NCBI RefSeq assembly: GCF_009914755.1
Contig: NC_060926.1
Strand: one strand, 5' to 3'
Source: the human T2T-CHM13v2.0 reference genome, Homo sapiens
Length of the DNA: 64,000 nucleotides
Shown here piece by piece: positions 12,960 through 28,169 of this stretch; position 1 is the first letter of the stretch, and each line of letters begins with the position of its first letter. Below the pieces are notes generated by a model that ran no database searches, was not told the origin of the DNA, and saw only the letters and a program-made list of their open reading frames with translations. The position numbers were made by a program, and so were the translations under genes.

Positions 12960-14904
12960 CTAAATATTTTGAAATACGGCAGAACAGACTAATACTAATT
13001 AAAAATGCGTCCATTGGATTTGATATTTAGGAATCTATGTAGCTTTAGTGCGCCAATAGAGAAGGTAATTGATACATTCTTACTGGCATTGCTTAATACT
13101 GAACTTATCATGATGATTGATTTATTCAACAAATAATTATTGAGCACCAAGCAAGTACAAGGGACTATATGTACAATGATAATCAAAACAGACTGAATGC
13201 TTAGAGCCTTATAATTTGTAAAGATGCTTCCCATTCTCATAATGAGAGTGTGAACATTTACAGCTTTGCATTCTTGAAATGCCTGCTTTAAACATCCATC
13301 ATGAAGTTCTTTAAACAATGACCACAATTCAGCCTATGTGACACAAATACTTACTCACAATCTTTCATACCTCATGGTAACCCAAATCTCTTCATCATTT
13401 TACAAATGCTGAAAGCAGCCATGGGGTAGAACTTGTGGTTGTGTCTTAGGGAAAGAGCAATGAAATTGGGTCATAAGGCAGTTATACCTACTCAATCACT
13501 CAGACGTGATTGGTCTTGTGCGACTCCATCCATATATATGAATAACTCAAGTGACGGAAAAGATGTGCGTGAATCAAATAACATCTAAATGTGTAGATAA
13601 TGACAACAGGAATACTTACAAAGTGCTTTTGAAATAGAATAGACTACCCAGACTACCATCGATACATGTGTAACCTAATTTTTTTCATTTTCATTATTTT
13701 ATCTATTATGTAAACAGTTAATTTGCAGGTCTAAAAATGAATCCAAATGCATAGCAAGTGGCACATCACAATAACTTAAGCTCACTTTGGCAATTGTTGA
13801 ATTTCACTTGCAGTGCATAGTAAAACAAAATGTTTCATGAAGTAGGTGTAGTTGCCCACATTTCATTGTGATGTGTGTACAAAAATCATATCCCACTTTA
13901 GGAGAATTGGTTGCTGGGCTTGAACTCTTTGACAGAATGAATGGATTTTCACTTGTTCCGCAGGCCACTCAGCACTGCAGATCAGTAACACCATTGATTT
14001 AGAGGCAGTTACAAAGCAAGTCAAAGCAACAATAGGAACTGGTTATTACAGGAAGAGAAAAAGAAGGGGGGTGGGGGTGCTGGAAAGATTTTTTTTAAAT
14101 GAACCAGAAAATACATATTATTTTGCACACTGGGTTTCCTAGCCATAGGTCATAGTGGACAAGAGGAATGATGATGACAAAGAAAGATAAACATATTTCA
14201 ACTGCTCCTAAGTACCTGTTTGAAATGGATAAGTGAGAATTTGTTTTATTAGGGTCACTATGGTTTCAATTTCTAACTCTTCTAACTCAACAGGAGCTTT
14301 CCCAAAGGGCTTCACAGAATACAAATGTGTTTCACAAGTTTTTAAAGATCTTGTTTCCTCAAGGTATTTTGTTGTCTTTGAGAAGTACGGAAGGCTTAGC
14401 ACGGAGGAAAATTATGGTAGGACAACTTTCCTGGTCAACATTGAGCATTGTTACATGCTTACTTTGATATCTATGCGGGAGTTTTATTGAGTGCTGGTCA
14501 CAAGCAATTAACAATAAATATTCAAAGAGGAATAGGTAAAATGTAATCATAATTTGGTATGACATACTCAACCTTAACAAATGACTAATATAAGGTATAT
14601 ATACCATATGGTGGTATGCTGTATATACAAATGACCAAAGGCAGAAAGAATTGAGCAAATTTCTTTCTAAAATATGTGTTTCTCTTAATACTTTCGTTAA
14701 AGATATTCCTTTAAGTAGATGAATTCAGTGAAATACCTAAAATCTTTAGGCATATCGAGTTTAGATTAACACTGGTTTCAAAGACTTTAAGGGATGCATT
14801 AGTGATAAGCCTACAGGTAAGCAAACAAACAAACAAACAAGAAAGACAATTGTTAATTTTAGGGAAAGAAAAGGGTTGCAATAAAGAGAGACTAATCACA
14901 GAAT

Positions 14905-15530
14905 CCCATTGTGCTCAGGTGTAAACAGAGTATCATACCCAAAAAAATGCCAATGTGAAATACTTATTACTCAAAATAGTTTATAACTATATCTATGGGA
15001 TGGGAGGAAGGTGATGGTATGTGTTTGTGTGTGTGTGTGTGTATGTGTGTGTGTATGTTCATACACACACACACGGAGTGGGGGTCAATAAATAATGCCT
15101 AACACTGAAAACAAAAATAGCAATATAAGCATACTACCAAGAAATATGATGGTAAGTATTAAGATAAATAGCTAACATTTTTGCAAGTTGTTGCCTCTGG
15201 AGAGCAGGAAGGTATTTGGAGACTGAGGTTTTCTTAGTGAGCTCTGGAAAATGATGTGACTCTTTAAAACCTGTAAGTATGTAATTTTGATAAAAATAAT
15301 GACTTAAATCTAAAAATACATGTTACATCACAGTATGTCATAAAAATATATCCGCTTTTATATATGTATTTAAGAGATTTATAAGGATTAATTACAGTTA
15401 ATAATTCTTATTTCTGGGGAGTGGGATTATGGCAATGGGGAGAGGAGGGAAGGGCTTTTACATATTTCAGTAGATTTGATTTTTTGAATGAGCATATGTT
15501 ATTTTTCAGAAGTTAAGTTTCTACATAAAT
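14905..15530 (+). mobile_element. Old L1M (L1ME-like) 3' UTR fragments
   Basis: gttgcctctggagagcaggaagg and tatttctggggagtgggattatgg motifs typical of L1ME 3' ends. Confidence 0.55.
15020..15074. repeat. (TG)n/(CA)n inverted microsatellite
   Basis: TG run followed by CA run; 14-bp perfect stem 15044-15057 / 15060-15073. Confidence 0.9.
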
Positions 15531-15768
15531 AAAAATGTGTATACATTAAAATGAAAATAAAGCACATTATGAATTAAATAATTTCATTTATATTAGGGCT
15601 TATTTGTACACTATCATAAATGATATACATGAATTTCAAAACTCAAAGAAATTGAATTACACATTTATAATTTGGAGACTGGTTTAGGGAAGACATAACA
15701 GTAAGATACACAGGAACAAAGTCAGATCAAGTAGCTTATTTGACAAGGTTAAGTGAGATCATTACACA

Positions 15769-15810
15769 CATTGTACATTTTAAAGTGCGCATTGTACATT
15801 TCAAAGTGCA
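15769..15810. repeat. 21-bp tandem duplication
   Basis: cattgtacattttaaagtgcg / cattgtacatttcaaagtgca. Confidence 0.9.
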
Positions 15811-16424
15811 GAACCAATGAATGTATAAATTATCACACCTGGAGCAGATGTAGGCAAATAGTAAACCACAAAGAGGCAAATGGCAGCCCAGAGACATGCT
15901 CTTTTCAAGATGACCCAGAACCACTCGGAGACTTTTAGGATTGATTATCATTCAAATATATACCCAGACAGCTAAATGCTTGGCATGGTATGTCTTAGTA
16001 TCAAGTGTAACATTTAAATTAAGTTCAACTTCCCTAAGTTATGATTAATTATTCTGTGAGAAGCATATATGGTTATCTAGGTTGCTCAGAGAACTGATTG
16101 AGTACAGCCAAGTTTCTTGCTCTGATCCCTAAGTCAGCTGCCTGGCTTGGTTCTATGCCTTAACTATAGACCTTACTCTCAAACCCAACAGTCTTAGAAC
16201 CGCATACCCTGGGCCACAAAGGAGATTAGACAGGGAAGTGTGGTTAATCTGTGTAAATCCATTCACTCTATCAGATAAAAGTTCAAATAATGTTCCACTA
16301 TGTTAGGTAACTAGCAACATATTTATGAATAGGCAACATATTACTATCTCATCTTGACATTGTTTTACTCCTGCTGCTGGGGATTGCAGCTCTTAGAATA
16401 TTTCTGCTTTTTCCAAGCTAAGGT

Positions 16425-16970
16425 ACTTAGAATCTCAAACTTGGAAGAAACCCAATAGGTCATTTGATCCACTCCACTGCATGATGCAGAACTTTTCTCT
16501 ACAGCATCGTTGGAAAAATAATTTAGTCTCTGCTTGATCATTACTGGTGACTGACGGGGTGGGTAGTACTCCTCATGTCAAATGGACATTAACTTTACTC
16601 TTGGACAGTCATCATTGTTAAAAGTTCTCCTATTGAAGAGCCCAAGGATTCTAGTTTTGTTATCTGGCAGAACATGGAATAATTTTAATCTTTCTCTGAT
16701 TTGTGTGTAGACCCATGCTCTTATATGCCTTTTCTGTTTCTGACAAAAAAAAACAAAGCACATTTTTTAACCATTTCCAAAGGTCTGCTTTTCATTTTTG
16801 TTATGATCTTGATATGTTCCGGGTTGCCAGTTCCTAGCAACACCTTTCCCTCTGAAAAGGTGATAACCTGATCTATAGAAGTCTCAAGATGTGGTCCACC
16901 TTGGACGATAACCCTCTTGCTCTCTTCAATTTCTTGCTTGTGTACTTCTATGGAAACACCACAAGGAAGA
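16425..16970 (-). mobile_element. L3/CR1 LINE 3' fragment
   Basis: tagaatctcaaacttggaag...ggtcatttgatcca...ctctacagcatc...tctctgcttga...ttggacag...ttgttaaaagttc follows the recalled L3 3' end in reverse. Confidence 0.7.
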
Positions 16971-17059
16971 CGCACCACTGGCTGCTGTAATCCCAGTGTG
17001 GTTTAAGTTGGTGTCCTGAATCTTACCCTGTCCTTTCCTCTGGGGTATAAAAACCACCA

Positions 17060-18410
<1,351 letters not shown>

Positions 18411-19374
18411 TCTTCCACTAAGAAACCTGTTGCTACTCACTCTGGACTATCTGGCAGGGAAACTATTTGGAGGAGTGTCTCAACCACTTAATCCTTTAGA
18501 GCCCTTGGTTGGAGGTGAGGTACTGGGAGCTAAAGCAATACACTTACTAGTCAGGACTGGGTGAAAATGGAGAGATAGGGCAGTGCCAACAATAGTAAAA
18601 ACAGACTTATATGTAGCTCACCTCATTACTCTTGCATACTGCCATAGACCATGCCTACTAGACTTTCCTAATGGTATGAAACTGATATTTCCCCCATTTA
18701 CAATATAAGAGTCAAGTATTTGACATTTCCACTTCAGATAAAAAAATGCTTTAAGCAAAGTTCCAGCAAAATATATATTTCACCTACTCATATGTGTTTT
18801 AAATTGTCAAAGGTTTAATGACTGCCAGAATTTCATTTGTGGGCTCTCCACGGCCAATTTTAGTCATGCTGCACTTAAATGATTGAAACCACTCCTTGCT
18901 TATTGATTTTTCATACCATGTGAAATGAAACCCTGTCTCTAGCGGAGTTTTGGAAAAGCAAATAGAGATGCTGCTACAACCTTTGATTTAATTTGAGGGC
19001 TTCATTTCCTGCCTGATTGAGCTCATGTACTTTTATGAAAAATTATTCAGCCTCATCAGAATAGCGTTATGAGTCAGTCCTTTGTGGAAAACTAGAGTGA
19101 GGGCACAAAGCCTCTCCCACCGAACAGAAAAGGATGTCCGATTTACCAGGGAGAGAATGTGGCCTGGAAGAAATGGGCTCAGGTACGCTCTGCGGAAGAG
19201 CAATGGCTTTGTCTTCAGAAAAGGCTGAAGCTTCATTTGGCAACCAATAGAAAAATGACTTTCAGAGATTACTTTGCTTTCACCAAATTTTGCAATTGCT
19301 TTTAAATGAAACTTTTCATGACTTCAGCCATTTCTAGGCTTGGCTATATCTGGGCAAGTTCATAGATACAAATT

Positions 19375-19570
19375 ACACATATTTATTATAAGTTCATATA
19401 AAAATTGTATCTCTATTAAATATATAATTATATTAAACTATATATCATATATAAATGTTAATATATAATTTATATATGAATATGTACTTGTATATTAATA
19501 TATAAAATATATATTAGATATATTTCATATATAAATATAGTTTTATATATAAATAAAGTAAAAATATTAC
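19375..19570. repeat. TA-rich low-complexity tract
   Basis: Nearly pure A/T with imperfect (TA)n. Confidence 0.85.
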
Positions 19571-20564
19571 ATTTTTCTTTTCTTAGCACCAATATAACCA
19601 CACCATCGCTGGAATTATAAAAATACCAAGAAAATTTCTGTTGATAATGGATTAATGGAATCATAGACTTTTAGAGTTGAACATTTGAGTTTATCCAGTG
19701 CCTGGTTCCAGATGAGGTGAACAGAGGCTCAGTGAGTTCCAATTGCCTGGTTAAAGATGATAATGGCAAAACTAGGGTTGGAATCCCAGTTCTGCTACTT
19801 CTACTGGCTCTGCTAGTCAACTGTTTTTTATACCCTTTGTTTCTTTCGTCTTTGGGTATGAAAGAAATGTGTTGTTAAAATAATGAGAGTCTTCTCTTCC
19901 TCTGGCAGTTCTGTTCATTAGCAAATCTTACCAGACAATTCAACTCCCTTCTTTCCTGCCACTTCCACAGTACGGAACAAAGAACCTAAGTAGTCCCCTT
20001 TTAAGTCACCATTGCAATTAGAGGTCCTTATGTTACATAGATCTAGACTATAAAATGCAAATAATGTCTGCCATGGACTCAAGAAAAGACTTTTGCCTTT
20101 TTGGATAAAAGATATGTAGAACTACCATTGTCTTTTTCTTTTTTCCTACCTTGAGCACAAATTTGCAATGCAAAGCTGAATCAACCATCTTGGGAAGTGA
20201 TAAACATGAAGAAATATCCAAGAAAATTATAGAAATGCCCTAACAAGTTTGAGCCACAGAACCATCACCAACAACTGCCTATTTCCAGATTTCTAGTGAT
20301 ACAAGAAAAAAAACCTCCCTTTGTTTAGACACTTTATTTGTATTTTCTATTCCCTGTAGCAAAAACATTCCTTACTAACATTTCTATTTCTCATTTTGTG
20401 CATAAATGCATATTCCATAAAGGAGAGCCAAGATACCCACCTTGGAGCCCAAGCTGAGGGTAAGTGTATGCCAAATGGCTTAGGCCACCTGATGGAATTT
20501 GGGAAGTGTGTCCTCTGCATCCGCTACCCATCTTTCTGAGTTCTCTGCTTTCAAACTCACTCCC

Positions 20565-21038
20565 CATAGAGGGTTAAATAGTGACTCCCAAAAGATATGT
20601 TCAAATCCTAACCCTTGGTACCTGTGAATATGACTTTATTTGAAAATAGGATATTACAAAAGTAATCAAGTTAAAAATCTCAAGATGAGATCATCCTGGA
20701 TTTAAGGTGGACTCTAAATCCAATGACTAGTGTTCTGACACGAGAAGGGAGAGGGGGATTTGATACACTCAGTGTCAAAAAGCAATAGGCCGCGTGAAGA
20801 TGAGGGCTGAGAATGGAGGGCAGCCACAAGCCATGGAACACCAAGGATTGTCAGCAGCCACAGGAAGCTGGGAGAGAGCCATGGAACTGATTCTCCCCCG
20901 ATGACTTTCAAGGGCGCATCGCCCTGCTGACATCCTGATTTCAGACTTTTACCTCGCGAACTGTGAGAGAATAGAGTTCTGTTGTTTTAAGCCACTGTTT
21001 GTGGAAGTTTGTTACGACAGCCCTTGAAAACTAATACA
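20565..21038 (+). mobile_element. MLT1C-like MaLR solo LTR
   Basis: Typical MLT1C body ending ctaataca; 5-bp TSD ctccc (20560-20564, 21039-21043). Confidence 0.88.
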
Positions 21039-21359
21039 CTCCCAAAGATGCGCAGTGCTTCGATGCTGCAGAAGAACAGCCTAAAATAGGAAAGGTGACC
21101 TACACTTAACACTTCAGGTGGGAAAAACATGTTGCTAAAATGGTGGGATCCCACGCATTAGTAGGATGCCCTCTAAATCATGTTCAGAGCACAAGCAAGG
21201 CTGCTCTGGCAGACTTTTAAGTTTTTCACAAAATCCATACTCTGGAACATAGCATAGGACTGAAAGGACTGGCAATATAACGGAAACCTGTCATTTCACT
21301 AACACCTTAGGAGTTACCTGCATTTTCCTTATAAGGACAATGAAGGCAAGGAGCAGGCA

Positions 21360-21954
21360 TGTTACCAGAAAGGGGTCGCGATCCAGACCCCAAGAGAGGG
21401 TTCTGAGATCTCATGCAAGAAACAATTTGGGGTGAGTCCACAGAGTAAAGTGAAAGCAAGTTTATTATTAGAGAGGTAAAGAAACAAAAGAATGGCTGCT
21501 CCATAGACAGAGCAGCACTGAGGGCTGCTGATTGGCTACTTTTATGGTCATTGCTTGATCATATGCTAAACAAGGGGTGGATTATTCATGAGTTTTCTGG
21601 AAAAGGGGTGGGGATTTTCTGGAACTGAGGGCTCCTCCCCCTTTTAGACTATATAGGGTCCCTTCCAGACGTCGTCATGGCATTTGTAAACTATTATGGC
21701 ATTGATGGGAATGTCTTTCAGTATGCTAATGCATTACAATTATTTCAGTGCCATCTTGGTTTTGATACGTTTTGGTGCATCTTATTTTATCAACAGGGTA
21801 TTTTCGATGTGTATCTTGTGGAACCAGTCCTGCCAATCTCATCCAGTGACTAAAAATGCCTAACCTCCTGGGAATGGAGGTCAAGCAAGTTTCAGCCTCA
21901 TTTTACACAACACCTATTCAAGATGGAGGTGCTCTGGTTCAAATCACTCTGACA
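21360..21954 (-). mobile_element. MER41 (MER41B-like) ERV1 solo LTR
   Basis: tgttaccagaaaggggtc...ccagaccccaagagagggttc...ctattcaagatggag...ctctgaca; flanks ggca/agca; carries the GAS-containing segment. Confidence 0.88.
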
Positions 21955-22714
21955 AGCAGTCACTACCCCTGCCCCAAAGCCAAGCATTGTAGGGAATCTT
22001 ATCTGGTAACAAAGAGTTGATCTGAAGTGATGTTTGAAAATGAGTGGGGTGGTTGTTTGTTGAATCAGTGAGACAATGAGTAGGGAATGAGGGAGACTGT
22101 CATTTAATTGGTAAAGACCAGAGGTGCTAATTGTTCTGCAATTCCATAGCATTTCACTCAGCATTCCACAAAATCAAGCATGCTCCCTCCCGAAATATTC
22201 ACATCGCCCCACTGAGAAACTGCCCCAGAGCACCCTGGGGAAGCTCAGCTTTGCATTCCCACTTCTATTAGACAGCCTTTGTGACACACACACCTTGTCC
22301 CTGTGAACATGGTGAATGGAAATTATCTTCTCCACATTAACTTTGAATACATGGGCCAAGGAAATGGCCCTAGGTGTATACCAGTCCTGCTTCTTTCTCA
22401 CTCCTTGGCTAGAGAAAGAAAGAATTTAGCAAATTCATCATTAGTCAAGAATAAGGGGCTGCATTTTGTTTTAAAAATCCTCTCCTTCCATTTTCAATTC
22501 TAGTACAGGCCATATCAGAATTATAATTAATGAAATAAATGTTAATTCAAATTATCTATATTTAATGAGTTCATGATTCATTAACTTGAAAAGAATCCAT
22601 TTGTTTGCATAAAATGAATCTCAATGATGGAACTATATAATTATTTAGTATGAATGATGATAGTGCACTTAATAAAATTAGAACAATTTTTTGGTTAATG
22701 TTACAGATTAGGAT

Positions 22715-22758
22715 TAATTAATACTAGTTATATGTAATTAATACTAGTTATATGTAAT
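22715..22758. repeat. Perfect 20-bp tandem duplication
   Basis: taattaatactagttatatg x2 plus taat. Confidence 0.92.
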
Positions 22759-24254
22759 AGTTTTATATATTATATATGTAAATTATACTATTAAAATAAT
22801 TAAAATCTTCCAATGTGATTCTAATAAAATTGTAGAACTCTATTCTTACTCTTATAGTAAAAGTTTTCCAAATCACCAAAATGAAACAGTAAGTTAAAAT
22901 TGTATTCCTGCTATCAAATCTACTTCCTTAAGAACAGCTGTATTTGGCAAGGAAAGGTTCAGTGGTTTTATTTCATTTATGTTGACATAATATTCTCAAT
23001 GAAAACAATCACTTCAAAGTGTATATCATGCTCTTAAGAAACAAATACTAATATGGTAATTTTATAGAAAGAGAACACTGTAATGGCAATTTTTGCCTCC
23101 TAGAAATAAGCAGCAAGGTAAAGAAAGAAGGGAGTAACTGACAAACTTATTCCAAGACAATTGCTAGCTCCTAGAGACATCATTTGCCTCAATTATTTTC
23201 TTTTCCTACATAGACAAAAGGGTTCCCTTTTAGAATTACTAAAAACCGGTTGCCACAGCCATCGGTATTTTCAGTCATCTTATTCCAGACAAGACAACTA
23301 TTTTGTCTTAACAGAAGCTTTGGATTAACAGAGCATTTATTTTACTATGAGGCTTCAAAAATAAGCAATTCTGCATTACTGTCCAAAAGAGAGAGGCTAA
23401 TTTATACCAAGTAAAACTGAGGTATGGAAACAAAAAATGACATGGCTCAGTCAGCTACAAGACTGGGATTAGAACACAGGAATCCTTCCTCAATGATCCG
23501 TCATTAAAATACTAGAAAGTTCCTTCGGGAAAAGTGGGAAGAAAAAGAGAAATCCATAAGAAAAAGAAATATTTGGTACACATATGGCAAATGTTACTCA
23601 TTGAAAAACTCAGGCAAAAAACGCCATGATTTTTCTAGAAAACTTGACCTCTAAGTCTGCTTATGGATAAAGAGATTTTCTTCTGGCTCCACTGCCATCC
23701 AGGATTGTTTTGGGCCAATATCCTTCAGACCATGTCCATCCAAGTCCAGATATGTTCAACAGTAATGGGTCATAAGCCCCTAGTAAGGGAATTCACAAAG
23801 CCTTCTGTAAATGGGGCCTTTTCTCAATAGGGTGAGCCACATGTTGATGTGGAAAAATAACGTACAGCTTTGAAATTGTGCCTAGTAAATTAGGTGGTCA
23901 CAGAAAGGTTAAATAGAGAATATATATTCTCTAAAAATATACATTGGTGTCTATGTTATTTGGATTTCCTAACTGTAACTATATTAATGAATAAATTCCA
24001 AATATCCATTTTAGGGGCACTGTGCAGACTTAGCTTTAAGTCTGGTATAGACACAAGAAGTAAATTGAGTCAGAACACAAAAAATCCCTTTCATGTGGTA
24101 GTTTATGAAAGGGATAGAATTCATCATTCCGTGTACAATATAACAAGTACACTAAGCTTTTCTTCCCCGAGCTTTTCTGAGTATTGCCAAGATTTCTATT
24201 AATTTACATATGGTAGACAATATGTGATTGATTTATTGATTGGTTGGTTAATTA

Positions 24255-24600
24255 GTTTATTCATTCATCCATTCATTCAACAAATATTGATTGAGAACCT
24301 TCCATGGAAAAAGCTTGGGTGAAAACAAACATGAAGAGTACACAGTACTTTGTCCTTAAGCTCCTAGCTGGTTGAGGAGACAGACAATAATAGATGATTA
24401 GTAACAGTGCAATCATGATCCATTCTGGGGCAGTGGTATAAAGATGCATAGGGGAAGATAGTCAACCCTGCTTGGGCAAATCAGTTTTTCCAGAAAGGAG
24501 ATATATTTCAACTAGAATAAAGAGAAAGAAGAAATGAGATTGGAGATAAAGGAACTCCAGACAGAAAAAAATGCCACAATAAGCCATGAAAGTATGAAGT
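24255..24600 (-). mobile_element. L2 3' fragment
   Basis: ttcattcatccattcattcaacaaatattgattgag L2 tail followed by gaggagacagacaataa. Confidence 0.7.
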
Positions 24601-24639
24601 AATACTAGATTGCAAATTCAGAGGATTTTTCATGGGTGA

Positions 24640-24825
24640 GGTGCTGTTGTAAGCAGTTTCATGTATTGACTCATTTAATTTTCAAAACAACCCTATGAGG
24701 TGAGTGCATTTCTTTTTATAGGTTACAAAACTCAGGTCTAGAAAGGCTAAGTCACTCCCCTGAGATTTCAGGGGTGGTGATGGCACAGCTGGGGTTTCAG
24801 CCCCAGTAGTCTGACCTCAGAACCC
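24640..24825 (-). mobile_element. MIR
   Basis: ctcatttaattttcaaaacaaccctatgagg...aaactcaggtctagaaaggctaagtcact. Confidence 0.75.
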
Positions 24826-25913
24826 CCATGGTCCAACACCACACTTCTGTTTCTGAGTCTCGATATAGAAGAATCGTGTGATGTAGCAAAAGCATCATCT
24901 GCATGAAGAAATATAGAAGGAGCCAACACCAGAAAGGCAGTGCAGGGGCAGTACATCACAGTCTCCAGGCCTCCACAGCTGACAAGCTAAGATAGCCAGA
25001 GCATAGCAGCTTGTAGAAACAGCCATTGTGTGTTGCTCCACTATCATGAAGGCCAGAGAACAAAAAGCAACTATGGAAGAACATTAATCACCTGCCTTAC
25101 GTTGTTCTAATTACCTGTACAGATGAATGAGTCTCAACCACCTTACTCTTGTAACACTGGTTTTTGTTCTTTCGTCACATTTTTATTCTCTAGCCAGCCT
25201 CCCTCAAGTGTTATATGACACGTATTTATTTTCAATACAGATGTTGTATTGGGAATATTATGACACTGCTTAACATATCAGGAGATAGCCTGAGGTGTGA
25301 CAGTTACCAATATGGATGGTGCAGGGGTTTCATTGCTCCATTTCTCCTAGCGTAACACACATGCCCATGGTTCTCCTTTGCTGTAGGCATTTCTCTTTCT
25401 AATTCACATTAAAAGCAGCCTCAGCCAATGGAGCACGTGAAGTCTGCTGTTGCACGGTGTCAACAGAGCCCTGGCACAACTCAGTTCCAGTCATCGTTTC
25501 CCTTTGGAAACTGTATGTGTCTGGTGCAGCCCCTAGATTATAAGGGGTCTAAAGCAAATGGCTGGTGTCTAGGCTTTATGCTGCAAATGTGTCCCGGGTG
25601 TTTTGTGTGAAAAGCAGCAAATTGAGAAAAGATGTCAGACACCTGGGATTTTTATCAGTGGACTTTGAGGGCAAAAGTGTCCTCTGGGGTCCCTGGACCT
25701 ACAGAGTTGGACAGTATGATCACGGTGACCCTGGTAATGAAGTTAGCTTACACATATCTGAGCACTTGAAATTTGCTTTTGTTCTATGCCTACTAGTAGA
25801 TCAATACATTTTCATTTTTGTTTGTTTTTGCTTCCTTCCATTCTGGGTAGAAATGTCTCTAGGGTGTTAAATGTATAGAAGATAAGAGCTTGCAAGATGA
25901 AGAGCCAAAGAGC

Positions 25914-26247
25914 TTTTTTTTTTCTTTTTTCTTTTTTTTTTTTTTCCTCAAAGACCGGGTCTTGCTCTGTCACCCAGGCTTGGAGTGCAGTGATACAATC
26001 ATGGCTCACTGCAGCTTCTAATTCCTGGGCTGAAGTTATCTTCCCATCTCAGCCTCCTGAATAGCTGGAACTACAGGCATGCACCACCACACCCAGCTAA
26101 TTTTTATGTATTATTTTTATTTATTTTTGTTGAGACAGTGTCTCACTGTTTTGGCCAGAGTGGTCATGAACTCTTGGCCTCAAGCCATCCTCCTGCTTTG
26201 GCCTCCCATATCCTTGGAATTAAAGGTGTGAGCCACCACACTTAGCC
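25914..26247 (-). mobile_element. AluJ
   Basis: Poly-T, gggtcttgctctgtcacccaggct, atcatggctcactgcagc, cctgggct. Confidence 0.92.
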
Positions 26248-27526
26248 TGCTGGGGTTTTTTTCTAGCTTCTTTAAGACTGACCCTTCTTTGAACCCTAAT
26301 TTTGAAGATGAGGAAGCGAGAGAAAGAAGGAGAGAAAAAGAGAGAAAAGGAGAGAAAACAGTCTTCCTATTAGGGCAGCTTACAATGTCTCTATGTCTGT
26401 CACCTTGAAGCCTGAGGGTCATCTGGCCACAACTCAAAGCCACATACCTGATCTCTTGGTCTAAGGCTCCAGGTAAAGACCCAGAAAAGACAGAGCCAAG
26501 CTCTCAGAAAATACTAGAGGAACAAACATGCCAGCTCCTCTAGCACCCTGCCCTTAGCTATTTCTCATACCTCTCTCATCCTTACAGCACTTGTAGCAAG
26601 AGCTGCATTTTGGTTGCTGACTTTGAGAGGAATGGAAATGCATGCCTTCTTTCTGCTCAAGGATAGTGGGAGAGTGCTATATATTCAACACTTGTCAAAA
26701 GTCATGATGGATGGGAGACTGCATCAGAATCAAAGCATGATGCTACCTCCTGTAAGAAGCCTTCAATGATTTCCCATATTTGCTTTATTATTTTTAGCTA
26801 CCATTTCTCATGCATTTATATTGTTGGCAACTGAAATTCTTTATGTGTTTTATCTCCCTTAATTTAATCTTCAAAACAACTTGGTGAGATAGGCATAAAT
26901 ATTCTCCATTTAGGATCTTGGAACGTTTAAAGTGATCAGGGCAAGAGCACATCAACACTGTTTAAGTTACAGAGCTGAGATTCAGGCTCCAAAGTCAATG
27001 CTTTTAGCCACTCAGTTACACTTCCTGGAACTCAATGAAGAAAGCATCATGCCACTCTCTTGGTTCTATGATGTTCTGCCTTGTATTATTTGGGGGGGAT
27101 TACTTTTTCAAAATACTATAATAAAAACTATTCGTGATTTGGAATTAAATAAAATTTCTGCGTTGGAGCCCCAAGTTTGCTGCTTACTAGATACACAAAC
27201 TTTGGGAAGTGCACCTGAACTCCCAGAATCTCCATTGCTGCTTCTGCCAATATAATAACCTCATAAAGTGGTTGGGGCCAGCACATGGGTACTCGATGCA
27301 TCTACATAACAGAGGTGTGTTTTCAACTTTTTCTGTCCTTCACAGCACCTACTATAACACTTAGTTACAGAATGTGCTAAAAAATTTCCTCAAATTGGAT
27401 TGAAATTTTAATACTGAGAGATAAAGTTATTAGACTTATGTAACATCCTTATTACTAGGTATTTTTGCCGTGTGGTTTGGACTGGGCTTTTTATGTTTGA
27501 TGTTCCCTATATACTTAGTCACTCAT

Positions 27527-28169
<643 letters not shown>

